Origin: Cyanidioschyzon merolae
Taxonomy: Eukaryota
Assembly (NCBI GenBank): GCA_000091205.1
Contig: AP006500.2
Strand: one strand, 5' to 3'
DNA: 64,000 nucleotides
The position numbers and the translations under genes were made by a program. Positions 42,064 through 52,799 of the stretch are shown one piece after another. The notes below the pieces were generated by a model, which searched no databases, was not told the DNA's origin, and saw only the letters and a list, made by a program, of their open reading frames with translations. Every line of letters starts with the position of its first letter. The first letter of the stretch is position 1.

Positions 42064-45000
42064 CACTGCGGAAGAATCGCATGGGCGCAACTGAGCGCCC
42101 TGTTCTGTGTTCCATTCGAATCTGACACGGGAGTCGCGAAACTTCAGGCTTCGCAGTACTGAACGCAATCGTTTCGACGGTCGTTATTCGTGCAATCCAG
42201 CGGGCTCGTCTCAAAAATCCCAAGTCATATCGAATAACCGAACACCGTGACCGTCACTCGTTGCCGGGGATAATCTATCACGGTGTATGCGTGCGGCGCA
42301 TCAACTTTGCTTCCCGTACCGTACCAGTGCCGTACTCGAGATGTGGACCCAATTCTCTGTCTCCTGGACAGTGACTTTCGTCAATGGAAGCCTTCAGAGT
42401 CTCAGCACAATGCTCCCACTGAGTATAAAGCGGCTCCCTCGAGAGTTCGGTCGACACACGAAGCCGCTGGACGCTCCGGAAAAGGCGAGTACCTCGGGGA
42501 TGCTCATCGATGCATTCAAGCGTCGGTGCGGAATGGCATGCTCGCATGGCCACGAACGGAATCGTACCCGAGTCTCCAGGGCGTGTTCGATCGCCCAGCC
42601 GTCTGACGTTCGCCCTTCCTAACGTACACGATCTCGTGGAACCTGCTCTGTTTCACGCTGGTTTTCTAGATCCGTTTCAATGTGCACCCGTCTTCGTGAC
42701 AGCCGCGTGTCGTCCTGAACGTATCGACGGGAATCGTATGGAACGGATACCTGCAGTCGTGGCACGCTCGCAGCAAACATGCAGGCGTGCAGTCCTTGCG
42801 CGCTACCGCGCGTCCATTTCCATAGGCTGCCATCGAGCGACGCGACGTATCGATGAAACCCATTTTCAACGCACTGAACGAGCAGGCGAATGCATGGTTG
42901 TTGCCTCTGTACCTCGGAAACTGTTGGCGACTCCAGCGTGCTCTCATGTAGGCCCGCCGCAGATCGCATACACGAGCCATCCGGACGCTCATGTACTCGA
43001 TGAAGTGTGGAATTCCTTCCACCATTCACCATTTTTCTCTGCAAGTGAGTGACGATGCTACGCACATAGAGCGTAGCTCATGAAGCGCCCGAAATTGACC
43101 AGCACGTGATTTGGGTTTTTGAGGTTTGCCTGATACGTTTTCGGACCGGCGCTTCACGTGCCCCGATCGTCGACTTGTCGCTGCGGCGCGTCGCGGTGCA
43201 CTGAGAAGCGAGTGTGCAGTTCTCGGAACCCCCAACCAGGTTCAGAGATGTATGCTGTGTCCGAACATCGGTCGCACTGTCGCATTAAGGTGTGATCAAT
43301 CAAGTCCAGAGGAATGTGGAAAGCTGGCAGCCCTGCCTCCGGAACTCGTAAGAAAAGCTGCTCGACGAGGTATGCCACAGCGAGAGGAGCTGGGCGAGCC
43401 TTCATCGAGAAGGAAGCCTCGCGACGCTCGACGGCGTCTTGTATCTGCTGTTGTCACGGATGTGAACAACTCGACTACTGATGCGTGAGCATAAAAAGTG
43501 GACTTTGACGGCAGGGAAAACCCCTTCGACTGGATTGTACAATAGAGCATGGGCTGGCATAAGCGCGGCCCGACGCCATTCTGCGTTGCGGCTCCTTGAT
43601 TGATTTTGAATCATGGAAAGCGACGGTATCTAAGAACAAACCAGAAGAACGCGCGAGTGAAAGGCCACAAAGTGCTCCGACGAAGAATGACCTAATGAAT
43701 GCTCCTATGCGTTTGGCGACTGATATGCAACCATGAAGCTGAATCGCCGCTTGGACTGATATTGTCGGAATGTCCGCTTGTCTCGTGTTTACGAACAGTG
43801 GGTAGCTTCGCTTTGAGTACTCATGTACAAATCTACCAACTCGACCGCATAACGTCTCACCGAGTGAAATGAACACCCGTCCTTCGCGTTTCAGTACGGA
43901 AACGCATGGAGGTTATGGAGCACTCGACGGTCGTCCAGTGAAGCGCGCTTTCCTCTTTGTGCATTCGTGTAGCGTTACCGCAATTCGTACCCAGGGAGCG
44001 GAAACTTGACATCCTGTAGATTTTCTCGCAGTATTCTGCAAAGAACTAGTGGAATGGAATGGATTGACGAGCGGGCAGCCGTGGGAAGAGAATGTAAAAA
44101 GTTTCCTTTTAGGTCTACAACGATCAGGTTCATGACTACAACGACGATGGTTCGTCCGCCTGTTGACGGTACAGAGATTGCCTTTTGGACGGAAAGCCGT
44201 TCTTTGCATGCCAGCACTGACAGCCTTAATCCTTTGCGCGACTTGTCTCCAGTTGACAGGAGACACACCCCTTGGGTTCGATATCTGCGAGAGAAACGAG
44301 GGAAAATGGGGTGTGTTGGTTTCGGCATGCCAAGTTTCACTGCGCTGAGCATAACAGCGGCAAGCGAACCCCCTCTGAGCATTGGACTCGTTCAAACAAA
44401 CTGTGCTTCTTTTGTACCAGTACATTCGACAAACGCTACGCTTCTGTTGAGCGCCCCACGCCCGCCAAGCAGTGCTCCGGCTACCCACAGCAGCGTCGGC
44501 GGCAGTTCTTGTGGTCTCACGGTTTGCACACGATGCGTTTGTTGGTGCTTTCGTGCGACTCCCGCCACTGGAAACCTTTGAAAAACCCGCACTGTAAACG
44601 TTTCGCTGCGGTTTGGTCGAAACTCGAGCGCACGGACGCTCGCAGCACCACGCTTCGCGGGTGGCAGCGCGATCGTCACCGGGTCCGGTGCCGACCTGTC
44701 GCTGACCACCCAGAAGCCCGTGCTACACCCTGTTCACCTACTGGTCTCCTAGTCAAACCGGTACGTTGCCGCGTCTCGCATGCCGTCTACTGCTTCCGCC
44801 TCCGCTCGTATAGATGCGGTAGTTGCTTCGGGGTACGCGCCTGCCGCGTTCCACGATAGAGCCGCCAGCGTCTCCGCAGCGCCGAACGATGGCTGAACGA
44901 GGGCGCGCGGAGACGCACCAGCGTCAGCTTCGTCTCCGCAGCTGCAGGCGAGGCGTCGCCGCTCATCCACAACCGTTCTGTGTGTGTGTGTGTGTCGAGT

Positions 45001-45177
45001 GCCTGGCGCACGACCTACGGAAACGCACACCGAGTAGCTCTGGAGACAGCGACGTGTCTACGAGCCCGTTTCGCGATACCAGAGACTGAACCGGTTACGG
45101 TCTGAGCACAACCAGAACGCTCTCCGTGTTCCGCTGCGGAAAGGTCGGCCAGCGGAGGCGTTAGCGGCAGCAACACC

Positions 45178-45819
45178 ATGAATCTCTTTCGTTTGTGCGG
45201 GGACCTCTCGCACGTTGTGTCGATTGTATTGCTCTTGCTGAAGATCCGTGCTACGCGCTCCTGCGTTGGCATCTCACTGAAAACTCAGTTTTTGTACCTG
45301 GTGGTCTTCGTCACTCGCTACCTGGACCTATTCGTTACGTTCATCTCCCTGTACAACAGTGTGATGAAGGTAGCGTTCATCTCAACGACGGCCTATATCT
45401 TGTATTTGATGTTTTTTAAGTTCAAACATACCTACGATAAGGACCACGACACTTTCAGGATTCAATTCTTGATCGCGTTCGCAGCAGCGCTTGCGTTCGT
45501 TACACCGCACCGCTACTCGTTGCTCGAGGTGCTGTGGACGTTCAGCCTCTGGTTGGAGTCGGTCGCCATCCTGCCACAGCTCTATATGCTGCAGACGACT
45601 GGCGAGTGCGAGAACCTAACGAGTCATTACATTTTCGCGCTGGGGCTTTATCGAGCGCTGTACGCTGTCAACTGGGTGTACCGCTACAGCACCGAGCCCG
45701 GCTACTGGCAACCTGTGACTTGGATAGCGGGTATCCTTCAAACAGCACTCTATGGAGACTTCTTTTACTATTACGTCGCGAGCAGAAGACGAGGTAAAAG
45801 GCTCAAGCTTCCAACTTGA
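45178..45819 (+). CDS. ERD2: ER lumen protein-retaining receptor (KDEL receptor, ERD2)
   Basis: 213-aa, 7-TM protein. MNLFRLCGDLSHVVSIVLLLLKIRATRSCVGISLKTQFLYLVVFVTRYLDLF... matches the ERD2 N-terminus ([37 protein letters not shown]) closely. Length and hydropathy are typical. Confidence 0.85.
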   Translation: MNLFRLCGDLSHVVSIVLLLLKIRATRSCVGISLKTQFLYLVVFVTRYLDLFVTFISLYNSVMKVAFISTTAYILYLMFFKFKHTYDKDHDTFRIQFLIAFAAALAFVTPHRYSLLEVLWTFSLWLESVAILPQLYMLQTTGECENLTSHYIFALGLYRALYAVNWVYRYSTEPGYWQPVTWIAGILQTALYGDFFYYYVASRRRGKRLKLPT

Positions 45820-45892
45820 TCAGGTTGCGAGGCCCCATTGCCCCGTGCTTCAATGCGAGCACTTTCAACACTGACCAGTGCGCGCTGCACGG

Positions 45893-46095
45893 TGTCATGT
45901 CATGTTCTATTCTATTCTATTCTATTCTGTTCTGTTCTGTTCTGTTGTGCGATGCTGCACTGCCGCATCGACATGCGTCCAGCGACGCTGATAACGGCAG
46001 GTGTTCTCGCGGTGCACGATCGACGAACGCATACACATACAGATAGACATATACATACATACATACATATACATACACATACACATACCGCCAAG
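45893..46095. repeat. Compound microsatellites (ttcta)n(ttctg)n and (catac/ata)n in the KDEL-receptor 3' region
   Basis: Read directly: tctattctattctattctattctgttctgttctgttctgttg, and catacacatacagatagacatatacatacatacatacatatacatacacatacacatacc. Confidence 0.85.
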
Positions 46096-46203
46096 GCATG
46101 GCGGGCAACGCGTCCGATGATGCGCGCACACAAGGCGAACGTGCAGGCACCGCCGAGGCCGGGGCTCGCATTCACCTGTCGTGTTGTGCGCTCGTTTCGC
46201 TGT

Positions 46204-48069
46204 TCATTCGCTTGATAGATTCCTTGGACTAGGTGCATTCGCTGGTGCACTCTGAGGTTTGATTTGCGTCTGAGCCGGCGGTCGACGGTTGCAGATCAGT
46301 GCTTGACCATCGGCGGAAACTTGCGCGCCACTTAGTGTCAAGATTTGTTCTAACGAGGAGCACCGCTCTGGATGCAGCGTGCTGTTGCGATGCTGCTTCA
46401 CCGATGCGCGATGTGGCGATCGCCTTTCGGGTATCGAGGAGTCTTCAGGATTGAGATCCACGAGCTCTTCGATGAAACCCAACGGGACGCTGGGACGGTA
46501 AGCAGTCTGAACGGCGTTGAGAACTTGTTGAACAATGCGCGTGTCGAACCAGGACACCAAATGCCTTGCCGTTGGTGGCAATCTCTTTCGGATACGCATA
46601 AACGAAAAGTAATCGTGGCGAGCGAGCGCTAGAACGAGCTGCACAGTAGTGCTCCACAGGTCTATCGTGTCGCGTGCAGCGCTTGATTCGGCGACAGTTT
46701 CGGCAGCAGCATCGCCAAGCAGGTCTTCGTCGCGCAAAATGAGCCGAACATCGAGCAGACTCCCGGTATACAGAGCCAACAAAACGCTGTACGAGAGAAA
46801 TTCTCTCTGATTGGAACGATATTCGGAGCGACTCGCCTGGAACAATGATTTCAGCATCGAAAGGCACTGGCTGAGCTCTGCGACGTCGTCGTGGAAGATG
46901 GCGAGGCGAGCATGCGTCTCGTATACATCGAAAGCGAGGCGATGTTCAGCACCTAGACCTTGCACTTGCATATCCTGCCGAATGGCTTTCAACTGCTCGC
47001 GAAGGAAGGTATAGTCTATGCTGCCATGCTCCCATCGCGACATGAGCTGGGCGAAAGCCGTCTCCAGAACGGAAAGCGGGCGAACTTGATCAGCTTGGGC
47101 CTCTTTCGTGAGTCGCAAATATGTTTTCTCCAGGACAGCCGACGTTCCGACGAGCCGATGTGCATGCGCATCCGTCTGCTGCAGAGACGCCCGCGAGTTA
47201 TCCTTGGACACGATAAGCTGGGATGCTTCCAGGCGCTGTCCGCATTTCAGGTGTTCCCGGAAACGTTCCGCACGGGCACGTCGCCGGGATGCTTCCGCGT
47301 GTGCACTGGGAGTGTGCATTGGCGAGCCACTTTGATGCCGCAGTAGCGTATCGGGAGAAACTGGATCCCAACCGGCCCTTAAATGATGGTTTCCTAACTG
47401 GTTTTCCAACGGGTAAATTGCCGCATCATTGCCCGACAAGGCGGAAGCAGCTTGCAAGGGTGTCATTCCCAGCGGGTGTGCAGCCGGTCGCTGAGGCATA
47501 TCCGCTATGCCTCGTCGGTCGGGAACTCGCGTTCCCGTCATCGCTTTGGGGAAAAACGCGTGGTTGCCCAGCGAAATACCCGCTTTTTCCGAGACCTTCG
47601 GTGCGGTGGCTTGGAGCTTGGGCCCTGCTGGCTGGGCCTGCAGGCGATTGTCCCGGGAACCGGTCCGTTCTCTTTGCGTGACGGCTTCCGCGAGTCCACC
47701 CGCCGCTAGACAGGTCGTTTCCGTCTTGGACAAGCTTTTACCCGAGCCGTCCCCGTCCTGTTTAGCGCCCGGACGAAAAATGGGCGGTGCAGGGGCGCGT
47801 CTCCCGTCGACGCAGTTCACATAGACGGTGAGCGACCGACCGGCGTCGGCTGCGGCAGGGTTCGGAAGCTTTCGGCGCTCCCAGAGCCAGCGCGTTCTAT
47901 CCAGTCGCGAATCATACAAGAACTCTCGTCCCGCTTCGTCCAGGTGATATGAAATGTGCGACGGAAGCAGCGCTCGATAGTATTGTCGGTTGGCCTCGAA
48001 GAGTTGCGCTCCGATCGCTGGGACCTCCATCAGTCCGCAGCTGCTGGCAAAGTTGACCTGTACGGTCAC
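46204..48069 (-). CDS. SAC3/GANP-domain (PCI-type) protein, LENG8/Thp3-like
   Basis: 621-aa ORF. The C-terminal half contains the SAC3/GANP core YTFLREQLKAIRQDMQVQGLGAEHRLAFDVYETHARLAIFHDDVAELSQCLSMLKSLF (consensus ...LRSIRQDLTVQ...VYE.HARIALE..D..EFNQC). The N-terminal half is low-complexity. Confidence 0.6.
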   Translation of the reverse strand: MTVQVNFASSCGLMEVPAIGAQLFEANRQYYRALLPSHISYHLDEAGREFLYDSRLDRTRWLWERRKLPNPAAADAGRSLTVYVNCVDGRRAPAPPIFRPGAKQDGDGSGKSLSKTETTCLAAGGLAEAVTQRERTGSRDNRLQAQPAGPKLQATAPKVSEKAGISLGNHAFFPKAMTGTRVPDRRGIADMPQRPAAHPLGMTPLQAASALSGNDAAIYPLENQLGNHHLRAGWDPVSPDTLLRHQSGSPMHTPSAHAEASRRRARAERFREHLKCGQRLEASQLIVSKDNSRASLQQTDAHAHRLVGTSAVLEKTYLRLTKEAQADQVRPLSVLETAFAQLMSRWEHGSIDYTFLREQLKAIRQDMQVQGLGAEHRLAFDVYETHARLAIFHDDVAELSQCLSMLKSLFQASRSEYRSNQREFLSYSVLLALYTGSLLDVRLILRDEDLLGDAAAETVAESSAARDTIDLWSTTVQLVLALARHDYFSFMRIRKRLPPTARHLVSWFDTRIVQQVLNAVQTAYRPSVPLGFIEELVDLNPEDSSIPERRSPHRASVKQHRNSTLHPERCSSLEQILTLSGAQVSADGQALICNRRPPAQTQIKPQSAPANAPSPRNLSSE

Positions 48070-48371
48070 TGGTGGTAAAGATAGCGTTTATGTCCGTCCT
48101 TTTCGAACGCAAACGTACTGACCTACGATATTTCTTTTACGAGCTGCTTGGTGGTCGTACAGTCAAATCCCGTGAAAATACGCAGTTTCGACCTGGGTTT
48201 CGTTGTAGCGGGCGAAGGACGTCACGGTCGCTACGCACTCGAGTCAGATTGCGATGGAGCACTGAACTAGTCGGTACGTTCCTTTTTTCTCGATTTGCCC
48301 CGAACCTTATAGACCTGCAGGCTCAAGATTCGAAATTCAGAAATAAAGACTTCAAGATGCATGCATAGTCT

Positions 48372-50362
48372 TCGGATTCTTGGTCGTCATTTCGAAGCGG
48401 GATCCCTCGACGCTTTGCGGCTGGTATTCGTTGCGTTACGGAAAGCAAGTCAATTCGCAACGCATTCAAACAAGGAATCCTAAAATAACGGATATTATTC
48501 TCAAAACCATGCGTAGGAGCATTCACTCTTGGCCTTTCCGTGCGAGTAGCATGCTCGGATCAAGGACGCATCAAGTTTTGGATCTTTTGTGTTTCAAAGC
48601 GTCAGGTGCGCCCAGCGATTCGCACAGCGCTGTTCACGAGGCGAGAAACTGGACCTTGTCCATAGAGGACTTGGTTACAGGCTCCATCCGAATGCTCACT
48701 GAACGTCTCAAGTCAAGTAGCCGATTCGTGCTCGAAAGAGAAATACGTATTGGCTGCAGGGTCATCGGCGAAACTGGTCTCGACTGCAGTGCGATGCCTG
48801 TTACGCGATAACCTCCAGCAGGGCCCGCGTCGTGTCCTCAATCTTGCGCAGACGAAGGTCTTGGACTCGGACTTGAGCCATCCCAGCAATCGATTCCAAT
48901 AAAGAATGCTTCACTGCGCTGCATGAAAGAAGCCAAGACGGATCGAGTTTCCTCAACTTGTTCTCCGGCCTTGATTCTTCTTCCGTTCCTCGTTTCATTA
49001 TATGGAACATCGCGTTCCACAAATCCTCTGTGGAAGGCAACAGGGTACGCGTTTGCAACGGTCACTGTACTCGTCGACGGGATACCCCAGCGGAGGCCAG
49101 TGATCGGCGGCTACGGCACCGGGCTCGCTGATGGAAGCGGGTACCGACTGACGCCTTTGGTGCCCGTGAAGGGTACGCAACGAGCGCCGAAGCAGGTGTT
49201 CGTACGCCACAGACCTGCTCCCAAACGGGGAACAAGTCTATTGGTCATATGAGAACACCTGACCACAGCCGAGTACTGCTGCTGCGACTCGCGCACCGAT
49301 GCTGCATACAAGGAAAATGAGCATGGGAAGCGAATCGTCGACCGCAGCAACTACTTGTGCACGGGATGTGTCGTCAACTACGCAAAGCAGACCATTCGGG
49401 ACTTGACCTGCTTTCGCCGTCTTTCGACTGCCGGCAACGGAGCTGGAGCAACACGAAAGACCTGCCCATTTAAATCCAAAACTAAGGGACCGGCAAACAA
49501 ATCCGCCGCTGGAAAGGTCCACCAATGCTGGTACTGATACCACTAGCAACAGACCCAAGCGTTAGCGCGCACAACCTACCTGGCTCCATAGACACGTTCC
49601 GCTTCATTCCGAAACAAGTGTGCGCACAAGACAACAAACCCCCATCCTATGCATGCTTATTTTCCTACTCCGTACCTGAACGTGTCCAGCGCTGACCCCA
49701 ATACTCCGTAACAAACGCGCAGAGCACCCGAGCTCCGAGCGCACCGCGTACCCGTCAGCGGAAGCGCCTGTGGCACAAGACCACCCCACAGGCCGCATAC
49801 GCCCGTCCAATCCATCCGCGCTCGTATCGATTGAGGCGGCGGTCTCGTAACTGAGCGAGCCCCAACGCTCAGTAGCGGCCAGCAAACTCACATTCTACCT
49901 TCTCGGCGGAAGGCCCGGTGCTTTGCACACCTGCTCACTGGTGAATGCCAAGCAAAAGCCCGCGTCGCCAACCGACAACGCTTGGCGTACACCATCGCGA
50001 ACGTGAGAGGCGGCGCTCAGGATTCATCCTAGCTGCTGTCTGGTTTCTCCAGAGCGTCGCGCAGCGGCGACAAGACCGGAGCCTGGTTCAGGGGCAGTTC
50101 GCCTCCAGGCGACGCCCCAAGTCGTATGGCAAAGGCGTTCCGTTACTGTGCTGCATGCGCACCAGCGGTATAAGCGCTGTAGCGGGTGCTCAGGGCAGGC
50201 ACTCGATGCGCAATAGACTGTACGAACTACCAATATATACGAGAAGCATTCGGGGTTACAAAGCTTGAAGGTAGGGTGCTGCATGTTCGATGCTTTCCCG
50301 AATACCAGATTCCATCCCGCAATCTGGGATCTATCGACGCTGTAGACGTCGTATCAAACCAA
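48372..50362 (-). repeat. Dispersed repeat family, full-length copy B (about 1.99 kb), inverted relative to copy A
   Basis: See copy A. The reverse complement of 48372..50362 aligns end-to-end with 31255..33245, with a few substitutions and one or two small indels (for example the frameshift near LYET/LYEL). Confidence 0.85.
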
Positions 50363-50684
50363 AAATAGAATCAGGGGATCGCAACGGAGATCATTTCGAC
50401 GCCACGCGGGGACGTCCTGACGGCCTCTCCGACGCCCGCAAGCCGCACCGAACGGTTATTGTGGCAGAAACGATCCCAGTTCGAGCGGATCCCCGGCGAC
50501 GGGTGGTAGACAACGCTGCTGGACCCGCTGGTGCTGCCATGCGGGGACCGACCCGCCCGACGGACAGAGCAGTGGACGCTCTGACCAGCGTTGGCATCGT
50601 CACTTGGTCAAAGCCTCTGCTCAGAGACTGTGGAGGTGTCGTCTCCGCGGGCCCTGGAGCACGGTTTTTTCCGTTCTGTGACGG

Positions 50685-51764
50685 ATGTCTTTGTCGGTGA
50701 CCGAGTGGTGCGCTGAGGCCGGCTCACGCGGTGTCCATGAACCGAGCGCGTCGGCAGTGGGCGAAGCAGGTACAGCGAGTTGTAGCTACCGAGCTGACGA
50801 AACGTTGGCAACACAGCTGATAACGGAGCGATGTGCGGTGCCAGGCGAGTCACACGCCCCCGTGGACGGCACAAACGATCCAGAGTCCGTGAATGCAACT
50901 GCGAGCTCGGATGAGGGTCGGAATCGTAAGCTCTCCTTGATAAGTACCTCGTGCGGTAGTGACTATGGAGAGCAGGGCGAGCTTCAAGAGCCTTTAGCCG
51001 GTTCAGGCGACGCCGGCCTCTTGCAAGGAGTCTGTGAGCGTTGCCGGGCTGTACACGACCGGTCTTACGGCAGCGGTCGTTTCTGCAGCGTCCAGTGTGC
51101 TCGGAAAGTAGCAGCCAAGGCCAAATGGGAGCGCCACCGTTCTCAAAGACGTGCCACAGTCCCGCATGAGACCAGCAAGGGCTCGACGTACAAGCAGGTG
51201 ACGGAGCGTCCCGGAAAGGAGCACCCCCATAAGCGATGGCGAACATGCGCTCTCTCGCGGACGCATCAAGACGCTGGGAGGCAGGCTCTGATAGCTTCAG
51301 ATGCGCTGCTGCAACGTACGCGCTCGCCACACATCCTGGGCCGCCTCTATCCGGCAACCGCACCAGGTATCTATCTACCATATTCGTGGACGCATCTGGA
51401 CGCGCTGCTGCACCAGCAGCCTAAACATGGATTGCATGAACCGGAGGCTGTCCAGCAGGGCGAACTCGGCTCGAACGGGTGGCCTCTTCCTGGTCACGCG
51501 TGCACGGCTGCTGCTGCCGCCGCCACCGCCACTGCCACGGTGTCGCGGGGCATCGGCCAGGTACCGCTCCCGCCGTTCTCGGTGGCGTTCCGTAGACATT
51601 GCGCTCAGAGCACGCAGCACCTGTGCAGAAGCGTACAACCTCTACATTGTCGTGAGCAGAATCTGCCCTCGTTCGAGAAAGTGCTTCGATTCGCAAAGGC
51701 GATGCCGTCGATATGGTCCGTGCAGACGACATACCTGCGGGATCCTTTCCGCTACACCATTTGA
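50685..51764 (+). CDS. Putative FCS-type zinc-finger protein
   Basis: 359-aa ORF with CERCRAVHDRSYGSGRFCSVQCARK, matching the FCS zinc-finger pattern (C-x2-C-x7-12-FCS-x2-C). The rest is low-complexity. The overlapping minus-strand ORFs look like antisense artefacts. Confidence 0.35.
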   Translation: MSLSVTEWCAEAGSRGVHEPSASAVGEAGTASCSYRADETLATQLITERCAVPGESHAPVDGTNDPESVNATASSDEGRNRKLSLISTSCGSDYGEQGELQEPLAGSGDAGLLQGVCERCRAVHDRSYGSGRFCSVQCARKVAAKAKWERHRSQRRATVPHETSKGSTYKQVTERPGKEHPHKRWRTCALSRTHQDAGRQALIASDALLQRTRSPHILGRLYPATAPGIYLPYSWTHLDALLHQQPKHGLHEPEAVQQGELGSNGWPLPGHACTAAAAAATATATVSRGIGQVPLPPFSVAFRRHCAQSTQHLCRSVQPLHCREQNLPSFEKVLRFAKAMPSIWSVQTTYLRDPFRYTI

Positions 51765-52799
51765 TGCGCACGCCCGCGGCGGACGCTTCTCGTGGACCAT
51801 ACACAGACACAGACAGACATGTGCCATAAAATGTATCCCGCTTTGTTATACCGCGAGGATGCGCTCGCACGCAAGTAGCGTGGCAATGCGTCGTAACGCA
51901 GAAGCGTGCATGCGAGGACTGAGTGGGTGCTGTGCTTCCCGCGCAGCGACACTGCGACCTCTGCTGTGCCGTGGTTGCAGCAGCAGCAGCAGCAGCATCA
52001 GCAGCAGCAGCAGCAGCGCTCTGACAACTGGAACCGGTATCCATGCGCTTCAGCTTGCACGAGTTGAGTGCTCCGATTGCTAGAAGCGGCCAGGAATCCG
52101 CGCGAGCGAGCGTACGCATGGCAACGTCACGCTCGATGCCGGAAACCTGAATGACACTGGCTGTCGGCAGGCGTTGCTGAGCGGACACCAAGGTCTGCGG
52201 GTAGCCGCGACAAGTCGGACACATGCTGCAACCGACTCGGCAGCGATGCAGCGGTACAATCTCCCAGTGCGCTGCGCGTCTCGACGCATCCACGTAGACG
52301 GATATCGGTGCGGCATCGACATCGCTGCACTGGAAGCACCGAATTCACTACGCGACCCGGACATTTGTATCCAGGTCAATGCAGCTTTTGAAACGTGTTG
52401 AGTAAAGCCGCGCTTCGAATCATGCGGTGAACAGCATCATGGTGGCGGGTCGCGTCCCTCGAACGGGCGATGTTGGCGCTCTCGAAGCGCATGATGTTGC
52501 CTTCGAACGGGCGCTGCGGATGCGTCCCGTCGCTCATCAATCCAATGAGGGCGTCATCCACAGTACGCGGATACCGCAAGCACGGTCGTCGACGGCAGGG
52601 GTGTCGAACGGCGGCAGCGTTTCCTATCGGCAGTGGAGCGTCTCCAAGCCAGGGCCAGCATGGCCTACTTCGAAGGAGGCACGTGCTGGGCGCATTTCAC
52701 GTCGCAAGGCAGCGTCCGTATCGGGGCTGCCTTCGACTGTGGCCCGCAGGTCATGTTGCAATAAAGTCAGCTGGATGGTTTACGGTGTCCTGGAGTGCC

